Part shown: in pieces, positions 7,981-17,691 of the stretch
Layout: each line of letters opens with the position of its first letter
Position numbering within the stretch: position 1 is the stretch's first letter
Source of the DNA: Bdellovibrionota bacterium
GTDB taxonomy: Bacteria > Bdellovibrionota_C > UBA2361 > JBIKWN01
Assembly: GCA_044356295.1 (NCBI GenBank)
Contig: JBIKWN010000050.1
Coordinates: 1 to 19,350 of the forward strand
DNA length: 19,350 nucleotides
Reading direction: 5' to 3'
Program-made: the position numbers and the translations under genes
The notes under the pieces: model-generated
Databases searched by the model: none
The model's input: the letters and a program-made list of their open reading frames with translations, nothing else
What the model was told of the DNA's origin: nothing

Positions 7981-8346
7981 ATGTCACTTGAATTTTATAA
8001 AATCCTCCACATCGTATCTCTATCAATAGTTTTAGCTTCACTTGGCGGAGCAAGTTTTGCGACCTTCAGCGCTGGTGGCAAGCCAACGGCATTAAAGAAG
8101 TCTTTCGGTATGATTCATGGGCTAGGAACCCTTGTAATGTTTATTGCAGGATTTGGCATGATGGCAAAGATGGGGATTTTTTCTGCGATTCCTAGTTGGA
8201 TAATTGTAAAAATTGCCCTTTGGCTTGTATTAGGAGGTTGGATTGCAGTGGTATACAAGCTTGCTGTTAAACATCCTTTTTGGGCCTCATTTATACCCGT
8301 TTTATTAGTTGCTTTAGCATCTTTTGTTGCTGTGTATAAACCATAA
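7981..8346 (+). CDS. Small 4-TM membrane protein (SirB/DUF2269-like, tentative)
   Basis: MSLEFYKILHIVSL, HGLGTLVMFIAGFGMM, WIIVKIALWL and a C-terminal YKP. Four hydrophobic segments with His residues in TM1 and TM2. ATG 7981 is preferred over TTG 7909. Confidence 0.75.
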   Translation: MSLEFYKILHIVSLSIVLASLGGASFATFSAGGKPTALKKSFGMIHGLGTLVMFIAGFGMMAKMGIFSAIPSWIIVKIALWLVLGGWIAVVYKLAVKHPFWASFIPVLLVALASFVAVYKP

Positions 8347-8411
8347 AAAACTCATTTTCTAAGTTTTTTTCTATCTTTCTTAGTGAATAATAAAATGTAA
8401 TATTATTTTTA

Positions 8412-10481
8412 ATGACTGAAGTTAGATTGATTCGTCCTGTTGAAGTATCAAAAACCTTAAATAATCCAACACTCGAGCAAGAAGTCGGAGTTATTCAGGA
8501 AGGTTTTAACCTTCCTGATATCAATAGCTACCTTGACCTTGTCAAACCTAGAGGTTCCTTACGATCCTCTAGGTTTGAGACTATAAAAAAGCTTACAATT
8601 TTAAATGCAGCTGAGCTTCTAGAATACAAACCACATGAAACTAGTAGCCCTAGTTTTTCTTCAGAACCAATGTATGAATCACTGATGAAGATCTTTGATA
8701 GCGCACAAGGTATTTCAGAGAAATCCCAGATCGAGGGAGTCCAAAGAATTCACAATCGAAATCGTGGTGTACCACTCGATCCAAAGTCTAAAGCAAAGAA
8801 AATATTTTGTGGTCCTACAGCGCGCATTGAAGATCATCCAGTTGAGTCGACCGGCTTTGAATCAATTATTCGCTCTCTTTGTAAAGCTAACGACTATGAA
8901 GGAAGAGAGCGTTTACGTAATTTAATTGAACAAGGACCAGAAAATGGTCAAGTTACTTTTGATAACCCAAAAGATGAATATGAACTTGTTGCAAGCATCA
9001 TTCGTTGGCTGAGTGTTAAAGATGAAAGGAAACTCCGCATCCGCTGTTCACAAGAGATTCGTATTAAAATCGGTGAACTTCTAGATTCTGATTCAGACTA
9101 TACAAGGCCCGATCCAATGCTCGGTGGGGTTGCTGGTTTTTGCTCTCTGATGCTTGCTGTGCAAGGACATGAGGTCACCATGCACAATGAAGGACATACT
9201 ATCAAAGGTATTACAAAACACTTTCCAAAAGAGATAAATGTTATTAACGAAAACCCTGATATTACGACACTGACAGAATTAGAGTTGCAAAACTCAAAAC
9301 CTTCACCCGGTCATTTTACGATGTCACTTGTAAATTTTACTCTTCCAGATGAACTTGGGGAACTAAATATACGTTACAAAAAATCCTCGGCAGAGACTCG
9401 TACAGTGCATATTCCACAAGGTCACTCATTTAGAAAAGATCGAGATGTCATCATCTCTGGGGCAACTTTTCCTGTCGGATTTTCTGAGAATATTAGCGAT
9501 GAAAGACTTCAAATGATCGCTCATACACACGATGCTGTACTTCTTTCTGGGTTTCAATATCCACTCACCAATGATCAATTTAAATCATATGAACGAGGCG
9601 TTGCTTTACTAACAAGTGGCACTGCACCTGTTGTTATCGAGTACTCTGAGCCCAAATGCAAAGGAAGTAATGAAGAGATGACCGGAATTTTACTTCTTCG
9701 TGAAAATCCTATCTCGATGATCGCATTTAATACATCTGAAGCAGAAGGATTCTTAAGTCGACTGTGGGATTGGCATGATAAGCCTGCTACTGATGCTTCA
9801 AGAGATTTTGAAAATAGACTTCAACTTGATGATAATTTTTGGTTAGATTTAAATAATATTTTAGCTCGTTCAAAAGCACAGGAAGTTGAGAAAGAAAAAT
9901 TTCATCCAGATGCCCCTTGGAGAAATCCACAAGAAGATTCCATTTGGCTTTATGATGCTGCACGACTTATTCAACAGGTGACAGATATTCCAGTCGTTCG
10001 TATTCGAGCAATGGATGCAGATGTTACACTTTTCGATTTATCACTTAGTAAAATAGATGCGGAATCAGTAGTTGAAGCAGTCACATTCTCAAGGCATCAG
10101 GCATATATAAAATCTGCTATAGCCGCCGGAAACATAAGAAATTACCGCGAGGAAGTGCTGGTCACAGCTCTACCTACGGCAGAAATTATCGCTTCAAATA
10201 TGCGACTTGCTATGGAACTTAACGGGCGATTTCCAACAGAGTTAAATCTTCAGAGGCAAACCGGAACGAACTGGTTTACTGAACTTCCAAACGGTCAACT
10301 AGTTGTTATGGCGGTTCCCTTCACTTTCAGAGTACAAAATCACACCGTTAGCGCGGGGGATACTATGGGTGCTACTGCTACAAGTGAGCTTACAGAAGTA
10401 TTGTCTATGATCCATAAAAGGATTACTGGAATCACTGAAAATTCAAAATTCGCACTAAGACCCGAGAATTTTTACGGCTAA
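8412..10481 (+). CDS. Divergent ADP-dependent glucokinase/phosphofructokinase family protein (PfkC/ADPGK, ribokinase superfamily) with an N-terminal extension
   Basis: Motifs in the correct order: ELVASIIRWL, MLGGVAG (family MGGxAG), HDAVLLSGFQ (D-x3-LSG-x-Q), VVIEYS (HxE), SMIAFNTSE (NxxE) and a C-terminal HTVSAGDT (TVGxGD, catalytic Asp). Confidence 0.72.
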   Translation: MTEVRLIRPVEVSKTLNNPTLEQEVGVIQEGFNLPDINSYLDLVKPRGSLRSSRFETIKKLTILNAAELLEYKPHETSSPSFSSEPMYESLMKIFDSAQGISEKSQIEGVQRIHNRNRGVPLDPKSKAKKIFCGPTARIEDHPVESTGFESIIRSLCKANDYEGRERLRNLIEQGPENGQVTFDNPKDEYELVASIIRWLSVKDERKLRIRCSQEIRIKIGELLDSDSDYTRPDPMLGGVAGFCSLMLAVQGHEVTMHNEGHTIKGITKHFPKEINVINENPDITTLTELELQNSKPSPGHFTMSLVNFTLPDELGELNIRYKKSSAETRTVHIPQGHSFRKDRDVIISGATFPVGFSENISDERLQMIAHTHDAVLLSGFQYPLTNDQFKSYERGVALLTSGTAPVVIEYSEPKCKGSNEEMTGILLLRENPISMIAFNTSEAEGFLSRLWDWHDKPATDASRDFENRLQLDDNFWLDLNNILARSKAQEVEKEKFHPDAPWRNPQEDSIWLYDAARLIQQVTDIPVVRIRAMDADVTLFDLSLSKIDAESVVEAVTFSRHQAYIKSAIAAGNIRNYREEVLVTALPTAEIIASNMRLAMELNGRFPTELNLQRQTGTNWFTELPNGQLVVMAVPFTFRVQNHTVSAGDTMGATATSELTEVLSMIHKRITGITENSKFALRPENFYG

Positions 10482-10499
10482 AGTTTGATTGAAATACAC

Positions 10500-10518
10500 T
10501 CTACATCAAGTGTGTAGA
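10500..10518. terminator. Small hairpin between convergent genes (possible weak terminator)
   Basis: TCTACAT-CAAGT-GTGTAGA forms a 7-bp stem with one G-U pair in the 41-nt gap between the kinase-like gene and accA. There is no clear U-tract. Confidence 0.3.
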
Positions 10519-10522
10519 TTCT

Positions 10523-11506
10523 CTAATTCTCTGTAAATACGCCCATATTTCTAAACTTCCGGTATCTAAGATCCACAAGTTCACTCACTTTCAACTTCGA
10601 AAGTGACTCAATTGATCTTACAAGCACTGGCCGTAAAAGCTCTGCTGCTTCTTTATGATTAGTGTGCGCTCCACCAAGCGGTTCTGGAACGATCTCATCA
10701 ATAATTTTATTTCTTAAAAGATCTTTGGCAGTTAACTGTAATAGATCCGCAGCGACCGCAGCGTAGTTTTTAGTTCCGTAATCTTTCTCTTTACTAAAAA
10801 GAATCGACGCACAACCTTCAGGAGAAATAACTGAGTAACATGCATTTTCAAGCATGATCACTCTATCCCCAATTCCTAACGCAAGTGCTCCACCACTACC
10901 ACCTTCACCGATGACAATACATATGACTGGAACAGTAAGCTCGGCAAGTGCCAAAAGATTTGTTGCAATTGCTTCTGCTTGTCCGCGCTCTTCTGCTTCA
11001 AGTCCTGGATATGCTCCTTGGGTATCAATCATAGTGATAAGAGGCAATCCGAATTTCTCAGCCATTTCAAATAAACGCAAAGCCTTTCGATATCCTTCAG
11101 GATTCGGCATTCCGAAATTTCTTTTCAGTCTTTCTTGCGTTGTTCTTCCGCGTTGATGTCCAACAATCATAACCGGAAGTTCACCAAGTCGTGCGGTTCC
11201 TCCAACGATTGCTCCGTCATCTCTAAAGTTTCTATCACCGTGCAATTCAACAAAATCAGTGAATACATATTTGATGAAATCTAAAGTAAAAGGTCTATCG
11301 AAATGTCTCGACAGTTGCACACGTTGATAGGAAGTTAAATTGCTATAGATATCTGCTCTAAGCTTTACTAACTTGTGTTCAATCTTTTCAAATTCTGTCA
11401 TTTTTGAACGATCGCCTGTTGCAATCTCGTCCTTTAAACGCTCAAGCTCCATTTCAAGCTCTACAATTGGTCGTTCAAAATCTAATGGGTGGGTGATACT
11501 CGACAT
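10523..11506 (-). CDS. accA: Acetyl-CoA carboxylase carboxyltransferase subunit alpha
   Basis: LDFERPI, ELHGDRNFRDD, RNFGMPNPEGYRKALR, IDTQGAYPG, EERGQAEAIA, GEGGSGGALA, YSVISPEGCASIL and EPLGGAH. Confidence 0.98.
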   Translation of the reverse strand: MSSITHPLDFERPIVELEMELERLKDEIATGDRSKMTEFEKIEHKLVKLRADIYSNLTSYQRVQLSRHFDRPFTLDFIKYVFTDFVELHGDRNFRDDGAIVGGTARLGELPVMIVGHQRGRTTQERLKRNFGMPNPEGYRKALRLFEMAEKFGLPLITMIDTQGAYPGLEAEERGQAEAIATNLLALAELTVPVICIVIGEGGSGGALALGIGDRVIMLENACYSVISPEGCASILFSKEKDYGTKNYAAVAADLLQLTAKDLLRNKIIDEIVPEPLGGAHTNHKEAAELLRPVLVRSIESLSKLKVSELVDLRYRKFRNMGVFTEN

Positions 11507-11573
11507 AAGGAGGTAAAATACAATATTTTGTGACTGAAGGAAAACAGGGCAAATTCAATAATTAAGCCCCTTT

Positions 11574-12608
11574 TTACTTGCTTATAGCATCAACAAACCA
11601 GAGAGAAACTGGAGACTCGCCCACTTGAATAGGTTGTTTTAAAAATAGGTCGATCTCTGAAATAAGCTCATCTCGAGGAATACTGATAGAAGCAAACGAA
11701 CTAGACTTTCGATTCTCTGAAACGTTAGGAATCTGGCTAGGTTTTACGTTCCACCCTCTCTTGATAGGTTCATTGCGAAGCCAAGTCATCTGCCTCTTGG
11801 CAAATCGACGAGTATTTTGAGCAATTTCTTCAATGAGCGATTCAGTAGGTTGATCGTTTTTCGAAAGAAATTTGACAGTTTCCTTGTATCCAATCGACCT
11901 TGCTGGTGGCAAGTCTAATCCATACTGTTCAATAATCGATTGAACTTCAGAACAAAGCCCCTTCTCAATCATTTTCTCGACTCGAAGATTTATTCGATCG
12001 TATAAATGCTCACGAGGAAGCATAGGAATTATAATCAGCGCTCTTCGAGGAAGCGTATCACTATGTTCTATACGAGTCAGCTCAATATCATGCCCAAGGC
12101 GTAAGACCTCTAACGCTCTACTCAATCGAACTCGATCATTAGGGTGAATCTGCAAAGATTGTAACTGAGATGTCGAAACAGCTTGTGAAAGTTCGCTGTA
12201 TATTTCTTCATTAGTAAGTTTTTCTAGCTGTTCTCGGACATTTTGATCCTCTGGAAGATCTGCAAGTCCGTGCAGCACTCCATTGAGATACAGTGATGTT
12301 CCACCAACAAGAATCGGTAGTTTTCCACGTTGTCGGATATCGGTTTCTATTGGTTGAAATAATTTTAGATACTTGCCGACACTAATTTTTTCGGTCGGAT
12401 CTAATACGCCAAATAAATGATGAGGTACAATTTTTTTCTCTTCTTCATCTGGCTGGGCCGACCCAATTATAAAATCTTTATAGATTTGAACGCTATCAAG
12501 ATTAATGAGCTCCCCACCAAGTTTCTGAGCAATGGCAATAGCAAGATCTGATTTACCAACCGCAGTCGGTCCACCTATGATTAAGAGAGGATCATCGGTC
12601 ACGTCCAA
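11574..12608 (-). CDS. miaA: tRNA dimethylallyltransferase
   Basis: GGPTAVGKS P-loop, DSVQIYK, VPHHL, VGGTSLY, HPNDRVRLSRALEV, SIGYKE and TRRFAKRQMTW. Follows and overlaps mutL (start TTG 12608 or GTG 12602). Confidence 0.96.
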   Translation of the reverse strand: MDVTDDPLLIIGGPTAVGKSDLAIAIAQKLGGELINLDSVQIYKDFIIGSAQPDEEEKKIVPHHLFGVLDPTEKISVGKYLKLFQPIETDIRQRGKLPILVGGTSLYLNGVLHGLADLPEDQNVREQLEKLTNEEIYSELSQAVSTSQLQSLQIHPNDRVRLSRALEVLRLGHDIELTRIEHSDTLPRRALIIIPMLPREHLYDRINLRVEKMIEKGLCSEVQSIIEQYGLDLPPARSIGYKETVKFLSKNDQPTESLIEEIAQNTRRFAKRQMTWLRNEPIKRGWNVKPSQIPNVSENRKSSSFASISIPRDELISEIDLFLKQPIQVGESPVSLWFVDAISK

Positions 12609-14328
12609 ACCATTTCTCTACATCAGACTCTTGGAATTCAACAACACATGGTCTGCCATGCGGGCAAGCGGTAGCAAAATCTGCTGATTCCATCTGTTCT
12701 AACAATGCATATGCTTCCTCTCGCCCAAGAATTCGTCCGCTTCGAACACTTGCATGACAAGCAAGACGTGCACAGATATATGCAATCGTTTCTTCTAAAG
12801 CGAAGGGGAACTCTCCGTAAGTTTCTTCAGCTGTAATTTTTCGAATAAGTTGACCTTGATCGATTGAAAACAAGATAGATGGCACTTCCAACAACTCAAT
12901 ACCATCTCTATGTTGTTGCCATCGATATCCTAAATCGTAAAGTAGTGTCGATACTTTTTCCAGTTCAAGTATCTCTTGTTGGGACAGTGGTATCTGCTGA
13001 GGAATCAATAAAACTTGAGTTTTTTTCTCTTTTTCACTCATTAATGAGCGAATTTTATTATAATTTAACCGTTCATGAGCAGCATGCATATCAACAATGT
13101 AGAATCTGCTTTGAAAATCGAACAAAAGATAACATTCAAAAATTTGTCCAAGGAAACGCCAATCATTGAAACGTGGAGCTTGAAAAACCTCTTGAGAAAA
13201 AAGGGATCTTGGATTGTCGATCCGAATACTTTCAGCGACCACATCACCATTGAAAGTTGATGGTTTCAATTCTTTAGAATAATCACTTTGCACGTAAGGC
13301 TCAGGTATCGATGTCGTTTTTTGATATCCTTGAGTAACTTCAAAACCTAATGGAGTGCGAAATGATCGAATTGCTTCCTCTACCGCAATTTTTACAGCGG
13401 CAAAAACTTTTTGTGGATTGGAAAAACGTACTTCACTTTTTTGAGGATGCACATTTACATCAACAAACTCGCCTGGGAGCTCTATTGAGAGCATGCCTAC
13501 TGGAAACTCTCTTTCTTTTAGAGTTGATGAAAATCCTTCTTTAACACCTCTTAAAATAAATCTATCACTCACAAAACGTTTATTCACAAGGATAGTTAAC
13601 GATGCTCCATCACTAACAGCCTGTGAAGGATGCCCTAAAAGCCCGTGAATTGAGATTTCATCATATTGAGAGGATACAGCAACAGTTCCTCCACGAATAA
13701 TCTTTGCAGCTCTTTTCTGAACGTCTTGTTCAGAAGAAAAACTAAGTTGCAAGATTCCATCAATAGAAAGCGTAAAATCAATGTGCGGATAAGCAAGTGC
13801 ATATGCACAGATAAGTTCCCGACATTTTACTTCGTCACTCCGTGCGCTTTTTAAAAATTTCTTTCTTGCAGGCACATTAAAAAAGAGACTTCGTATCTCG
13901 ATAGTTGTTCCAGTCGAAGACGCATGAGGTTTTACTGAAAGAATTTTACCACCTTGCATTTCAAGCAATGTTCCAACTTCATCCGTATCCACCTTAGTAA
14001 CCATCGAAACTTTACTGACGGATGCAATACTTGGAAGCGCTTCACCTCGGAATCCATTAGTTACAATACCAGAAAGATCCTCAAAGCTTGTTAACTTTGA
14101 TGTTGCATGTCGCTCAAAAGATAACAATGCATCGTCACGACTCATGCCCGAACCATTATCGGCAACGCTTATCAGTGATTGTCCACCAGCAACAAGGTTC
14201 ACTGAAATTTTGGTAGCATTCGCGTCAATTGAATTATCGATAAGTTCTTTGACAACAGATGAAGGTCTTTCAATGACTTCACCCGCAGCAATCTGATTAA
14301 TAACTTTTTCAGGAAGAACTTTAATCAT
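12592..14328 (-). CDS. mutL: DNA mismatch repair endonuclease MutL
   Basis: NQIAAGEVIERP, KELIDNSIDA, DNGSGM, RHATSK, GFRGEALPSI, DVNVHPQKSEV, and the endonuclease motifs DMHAAHERLNY, ACHAS and CPHGRP. Confidence 0.98.
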   Translation of the reverse strand: MIKVLPEKVINQIAAGEVIERPSSVVKELIDNSIDANATKISVNLVAGGQSLISVADNGSGMSRDDALLSFERHATSKLTSFEDLSGIVTNGFRGEALPSIASVSKVSMVTKVDTDEVGTLLEMQGGKILSVKPHASSTGTTIEIRSLFFNVPARKKFLKSARSDEVKCRELICAYALAYPHIDFTLSIDGILQLSFSSEQDVQKRAAKIIRGGTVAVSSQYDEISIHGLLGHPSQAVSDGASLTILVNKRFVSDRFILRGVKEGFSSTLKEREFPVGMLSIELPGEFVDVNVHPQKSEVRFSNPQKVFAAVKIAVEEAIRSFRTPLGFEVTQGYQKTTSIPEPYVQSDYSKELKPSTFNGDVVAESIRIDNPRSLFSQEVFQAPRFNDWRFLGQIFECYLLFDFQSRFYIVDMHAAHERLNYNKIRSLMSEKEKKTQVLLIPQQIPLSQQEILELEKVSTLLYDLGYRWQQHRDGIELLEVPSILFSIDQGQLIRKITAEETYGEFPFALEETIAYICARLACHASVRSGRILGREEAYALLEQMESADFATACPHGRPCVVEFQESDVEKWFGRDR

Positions 14329-14337
14329 ATGAAAAAA

Positions 14338-14346
14338 AGTTTAACA
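14338..14346 (-). promoter_or_regulatory. Putative extended -10 promoter of mutL (TG-T-TAAACT)
   Basis: The minus strand reads TGTTAAACT, then 9 nt (TTTTTTCAT), then the ATG. No SD in the 20-nt intergenic gap. Confidence 0.4.
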
Positions 14347-14348
14347 TG

Positions 14349-15464
14349 TTATCGAAGTACAGGTGTAACTGTTACCTCACGCTCTCTCCCTGATCGACCA
14401 CCTCTTCGTATTGAAAGTTTTATAGGTTTTCCTTCGCTTGATTGAACGGCATCATCAACTTCATCAGCAGTTGAAACCTGTTTACCATTGACTGACATAA
14501 TTAAATCAGCACGATCAAAGTCACGTACAACTCCACGAACAAATCCTTGATCTACACGGCGTTCAATCGGCTCAAGTCCTGCTTCATCAGCTGGACTTCC
14601 AGAAAGTATTCTTCGTACCATTGGTCCTTGATTTGTATCAGCAAGCATCCATCCCATTTTTGGACGAAGTACTTTACCTGTTGCTATAAGTTCAGGAAGA
14701 ACCCTTCGAATCTGATTGATTGGAACGGCAAAACCAATACCTGCTGAGTCCCCAGATTGACTCAAAATTGCAGTATTAATCCCAACAACTCGTCCATCTG
14801 CATCAAGAAGAGGTCCCCCAGAATTACCGGGATTAATAGCAGCATCAGTCTGGATAAGCCCTTTCATAACAGTACCTGTAGGAGACTTCACAGTCCTATC
14901 AAGACTTGAGACAATTCCAGTAGTCAACGTTCGCCCAAGTCCGAATGGATTTCCAATTGCAAGCACACGCTGCCCTACTTCAACTTTTGATGAATCAGTA
15001 AAATCTAAACCAATTAAACCTCGAGGAGGATTTGTAAGCTTTAAAACAGCAATATCATATTCTCGGTCAAATCCAAGTAACCGTGCATTATAATTTTTTC
15101 CATCGGCTAAAGAGATCTCAATTTTTTGCGCATCTTGTATGACGTGCAAATTGGTAAGGATAATTCCTTGAACCCCATCAATAACCATTCCCGATCCTGC
15201 ACCTTCACGAGGCTGGACTTCCATAAAAAAGTCATTGGGATCTGACTGTAAAGACATCGTGGTAATAAATACAACAGCTTCACTTGCATTTTTGTATACT
15301 TTAATTGTTCTCTCTTCTTCATCAGTACGCGTTGCAAGTGTTCCGTCGACATTAGCTTTTGCTGGGGTTCCTTGAAGAAAATACCAAGTTGATAACGCAC
15401 CTGCGATAAAAAAAAGTGCTCCTCCAATAAATTGTAAAATATTTTTTATCGCCTTTCTGCTCAT
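14349..15464 (-). CDS. HtrA/DegP-family trypsin-like serine protease with one PDZ domain and an N-terminal membrane anchor
   Basis: GAGSG, catalytic triad motifs TNLHV, YDIAV and IQTDAAINPGNSGGPL, AIGNPFG, and a C-terminal PDZ (GSPADEAGL). ATG 15464 lies 4 nt after the rel stop; ATG 15479 is an alternative. Confidence 0.93.
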   Translation of the reverse strand: MSRKAIKNILQFIGGALFFIAGALSTWYFLQGTPAKANVDGTLATRTDEEERTIKVYKNASEAVVFITTMSLQSDPNDFFMEVQPREGAGSGMVIDGVQGIILTNLHVIQDAQKIEISLADGKNYNARLLGFDREYDIAVLKLTNPPRGLIGLDFTDSSKVEVGQRVLAIGNPFGLGRTLTTGIVSSLDRTVKSPTGTVMKGLIQTDAAINPGNSGGPLLDADGRVVGINTAILSQSGDSAGIGFAVPINQIRRVLPELIATGKVLRPKMGWMLADTNQGPMVRRILSGSPADEAGLEPIERRVDQGFVRGVVRDFDRADLIMSVNGKQVSTADEVDDAVQSSEGKPIKLSIRRGGRSGREREVTVTPVLR

Positions 15465-15468
15465 AGAA

Positions 15469-17685
15469 TTACCAATCATCTACATCTTCACTAAAATTTC
15501 TTGCTGGGTTTGCTGGTTGCTGAGAACGTTCAACCTTAATCACACCTGGAACCAATTCGATAGCACGCTTTAGTTGCTCAAGTTGCCTTGCGTCACTGAC
15601 TGTAATTTCAAACAAATTAAGCGCCTTACTGTTTTCATTGGTTTTAATCTGGGCACTATTAATATTAGCACCATTTTTAGTAATTGCTGCTGTTAAATTT
15701 GCAAGTAATCCAATCTGATCCTGTGAGACGACCCCAATCGTGACTCTTCTTGGTGGTCGTACTTCGTTATCCCACGTCACATCGACTTTTCTTGCGGGAT
15801 CAAGCTGCATTACTTCAGGGCAATTTGCAAAGTGAACAGTGACTCCTCTACCTCGAGTAATAAAACCGACAATACGATCACCGGGAAGCGGCTCGCAGCA
15901 CTTACCAAATCTGACAAGCATATTATCGATTCCATCAACTTTAACTCCAACACGTTGGCGCGAAGCTTTTGCTGCTCTTTGAAAAATTCTTTCAAGCGGT
16001 GTTGAATCTTGCGTAAGTTGCTCTTCGACATTTTGCTCTTCAGGAAGAAGCTTGCTGATGACTCGAGAAGTTGTAATTTTCCCGTATCCAATTTCTGCAA
16101 AAAGATCCCCCTCTCCTTTTAAGCCAAATGATTTAGCAACTTCCAAAAGCTTTGATTCTTTTTCAAGTTTTTTCATGTTCAACTTGACTTTACGTAGGTC
16201 ACGAGTCAACAGATCCATTCCAGTTGCCATTGAGCGAGAATGCTCTTCGCTTTTTAGGAATACTCGAATTCTCTGTTTTGCTTTAGAACTCTGAACGAAT
16301 CGAAGCCAGTCTTTGTTTGGAACATGCGTCTTGGAAGTCAGCACTTCAATGGTGTCACCATTCCTGAGTTGATAATCGAGTGGAACGATCTGTCCATTGA
16401 CTTTTGCACCCATGGTACGATGCCCAATATCAGTATGCACCGAATATGCAAAATCAATCGGAGTAGATTTTCTTGTTAAACGAAGAAGATCTCCTTTTGG
16501 GGTAAAAACAAATACTTCATCAGGAAAGAGCTCACCTTTAACTGACTGCATGAATTCATCAGGATTTTTCAGATATGCTTGTGTTTCAACAAGCTCCTTA
16601 ACCCACTGCAGGTCGAAATTCTTTTCAGCATCAAACTGCTCACTTGATCCGCTTTCTTTATAGTGCCAATGCGCAGCAATTCCTTCCTCAGCAACACGGT
16701 TCATCTCAGGTGTTCTAATCTGGATCTCCATACGCTGCCCACCTGCGCCAACAACAGTTGTATGCAGCGACTGATAACGATTTGGTTTTGGCATTGCAAT
16801 ATAATCTTTAAACCTTCCAGGAACAGGTTTAAAAGAAGAATGACAAACGCCAAGTGCCTCGTAACATCCTCTAACGGTAGGAACGATAACTCGAAAGCCT
16901 AGAATATCATGCACTTCATCAAAAATAAGATTATGCTTTTCCATTTTACTAAAGATAGAGGCGAAATGCTTCGCTCGACCTTTAATAGCAGCAGAGATCC
17001 CAGCTTCAGCTAACTCACGGGTGATTTCTTTTGTTGTATCTTCAATAAATCGATTTCGTTCTTCATCGGTTTTATCAAATTGGGAACGGATGGATTCATA
17101 AATTTCTGGTCGTAAGTAGAAAAGACAAAGATCTTCAAGTTCACTTTTGATCCAATGTATACCAAGTCGATTTGCAAGAGGTGCATAAATTTCTTTTGTC
17201 TCACCTGCAATACGACGACGCTTCTCTTCAGAAAGAAATTGAAGCGTACGCATATTGTGTAAACGATCACAGAGCTTGACTAAAACAACTCTGATATCTT
17301 TAGCCATTGCCAAAAGCATTTTACGAAAACTTTCAGCTTGCTTTTCTTCCTTTGACTGAGAATCAAATTCAATACGTGTTAATTTCGTAACTCCATCTAC
17401 GATATCCGCAACATCTGCACCAAACAAATTTCGCAGTTCATCTTTTGTAACGACACAGTCTTCTAAAGTGTCGTGTAATAATCCGGCAATGACCGAAGGC
17501 TCATCAAGTTTTAACTGACAAACGAGAAGTGCTGTATTAATGAGATGATTAACATAGGGCTCACCTGAAGCTCGGAGCTGACCTTTATGTTTTTCGCATG
17601 CAAAATTGTAAGCAGCCTCGATAAGCTCAAGGTTTGGATGAGGGTGATACTTCTTTATTGCACTAGTTATGTCTTGGAGCTGCAT
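15469..17685 (-). CDS. spoT: Bifunctional (p)ppGpp synthetase/hydrolase, long RSH (Rel/SpoT)
   Basis: Intact HD hydrolase (HKGQLRASGEPY, LLHDTLED, DRLHNMRTL), synthetase (GRAKH, RFKDYI, YQSLHT, EIQIRT), TGS (FTPKGD, DFAYSVHT), CCEPLPGD zinc region and a C-terminal ACT domain. Lies directly downstream of rpoZ. Confidence 0.95.
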   Translation of the reverse strand: MQLQDITSAIKKYHPHPNLELIEAAYNFACEKHKGQLRASGEPYVNHLINTALLVCQLKLDEPSVIAGLLHDTLEDCVVTKDELRNLFGADVADIVDGVTKLTRIEFDSQSKEEKQAESFRKMLLAMAKDIRVVLVKLCDRLHNMRTLQFLSEEKRRRIAGETKEIYAPLANRLGIHWIKSELEDLCLFYLRPEIYESIRSQFDKTDEERNRFIEDTTKEITRELAEAGISAAIKGRAKHFASIFSKMEKHNLIFDEVHDILGFRVIVPTVRGCYEALGVCHSSFKPVPGRFKDYIAMPKPNRYQSLHTTVVGAGGQRMEIQIRTPEMNRVAEEGIAAHWHYKESGSSEQFDAEKNFDLQWVKELVETQAYLKNPDEFMQSVKGELFPDEVFVFTPKGDLLRLTRKSTPIDFAYSVHTDIGHRTMGAKVNGQIVPLDYQLRNGDTIEVLTSKTHVPNKDWLRFVQSSKAKQRIRVFLKSEEHSRSMATGMDLLTRDLRKVKLNMKKLEKESKLLEVAKSFGLKGEGDLFAEIGYGKITTSRVISKLLPEEQNVEEQLTQDSTPLERIFQRAAKASRQRVGVKVDGIDNMLVRFGKCCEPLPGDRIVGFITRGRGVTVHFANCPEVMQLDPARKVDVTWDNEVRPPRRVTIGVVSQDQIGLLANLTAAITKNGANINSAQIKTNENSKALNLFEITVSDARQLEQLKRAIELVPGVIKVERSQQPANPARNFSEDVDDW

Positions 17686-17691
17686 GCCGAA

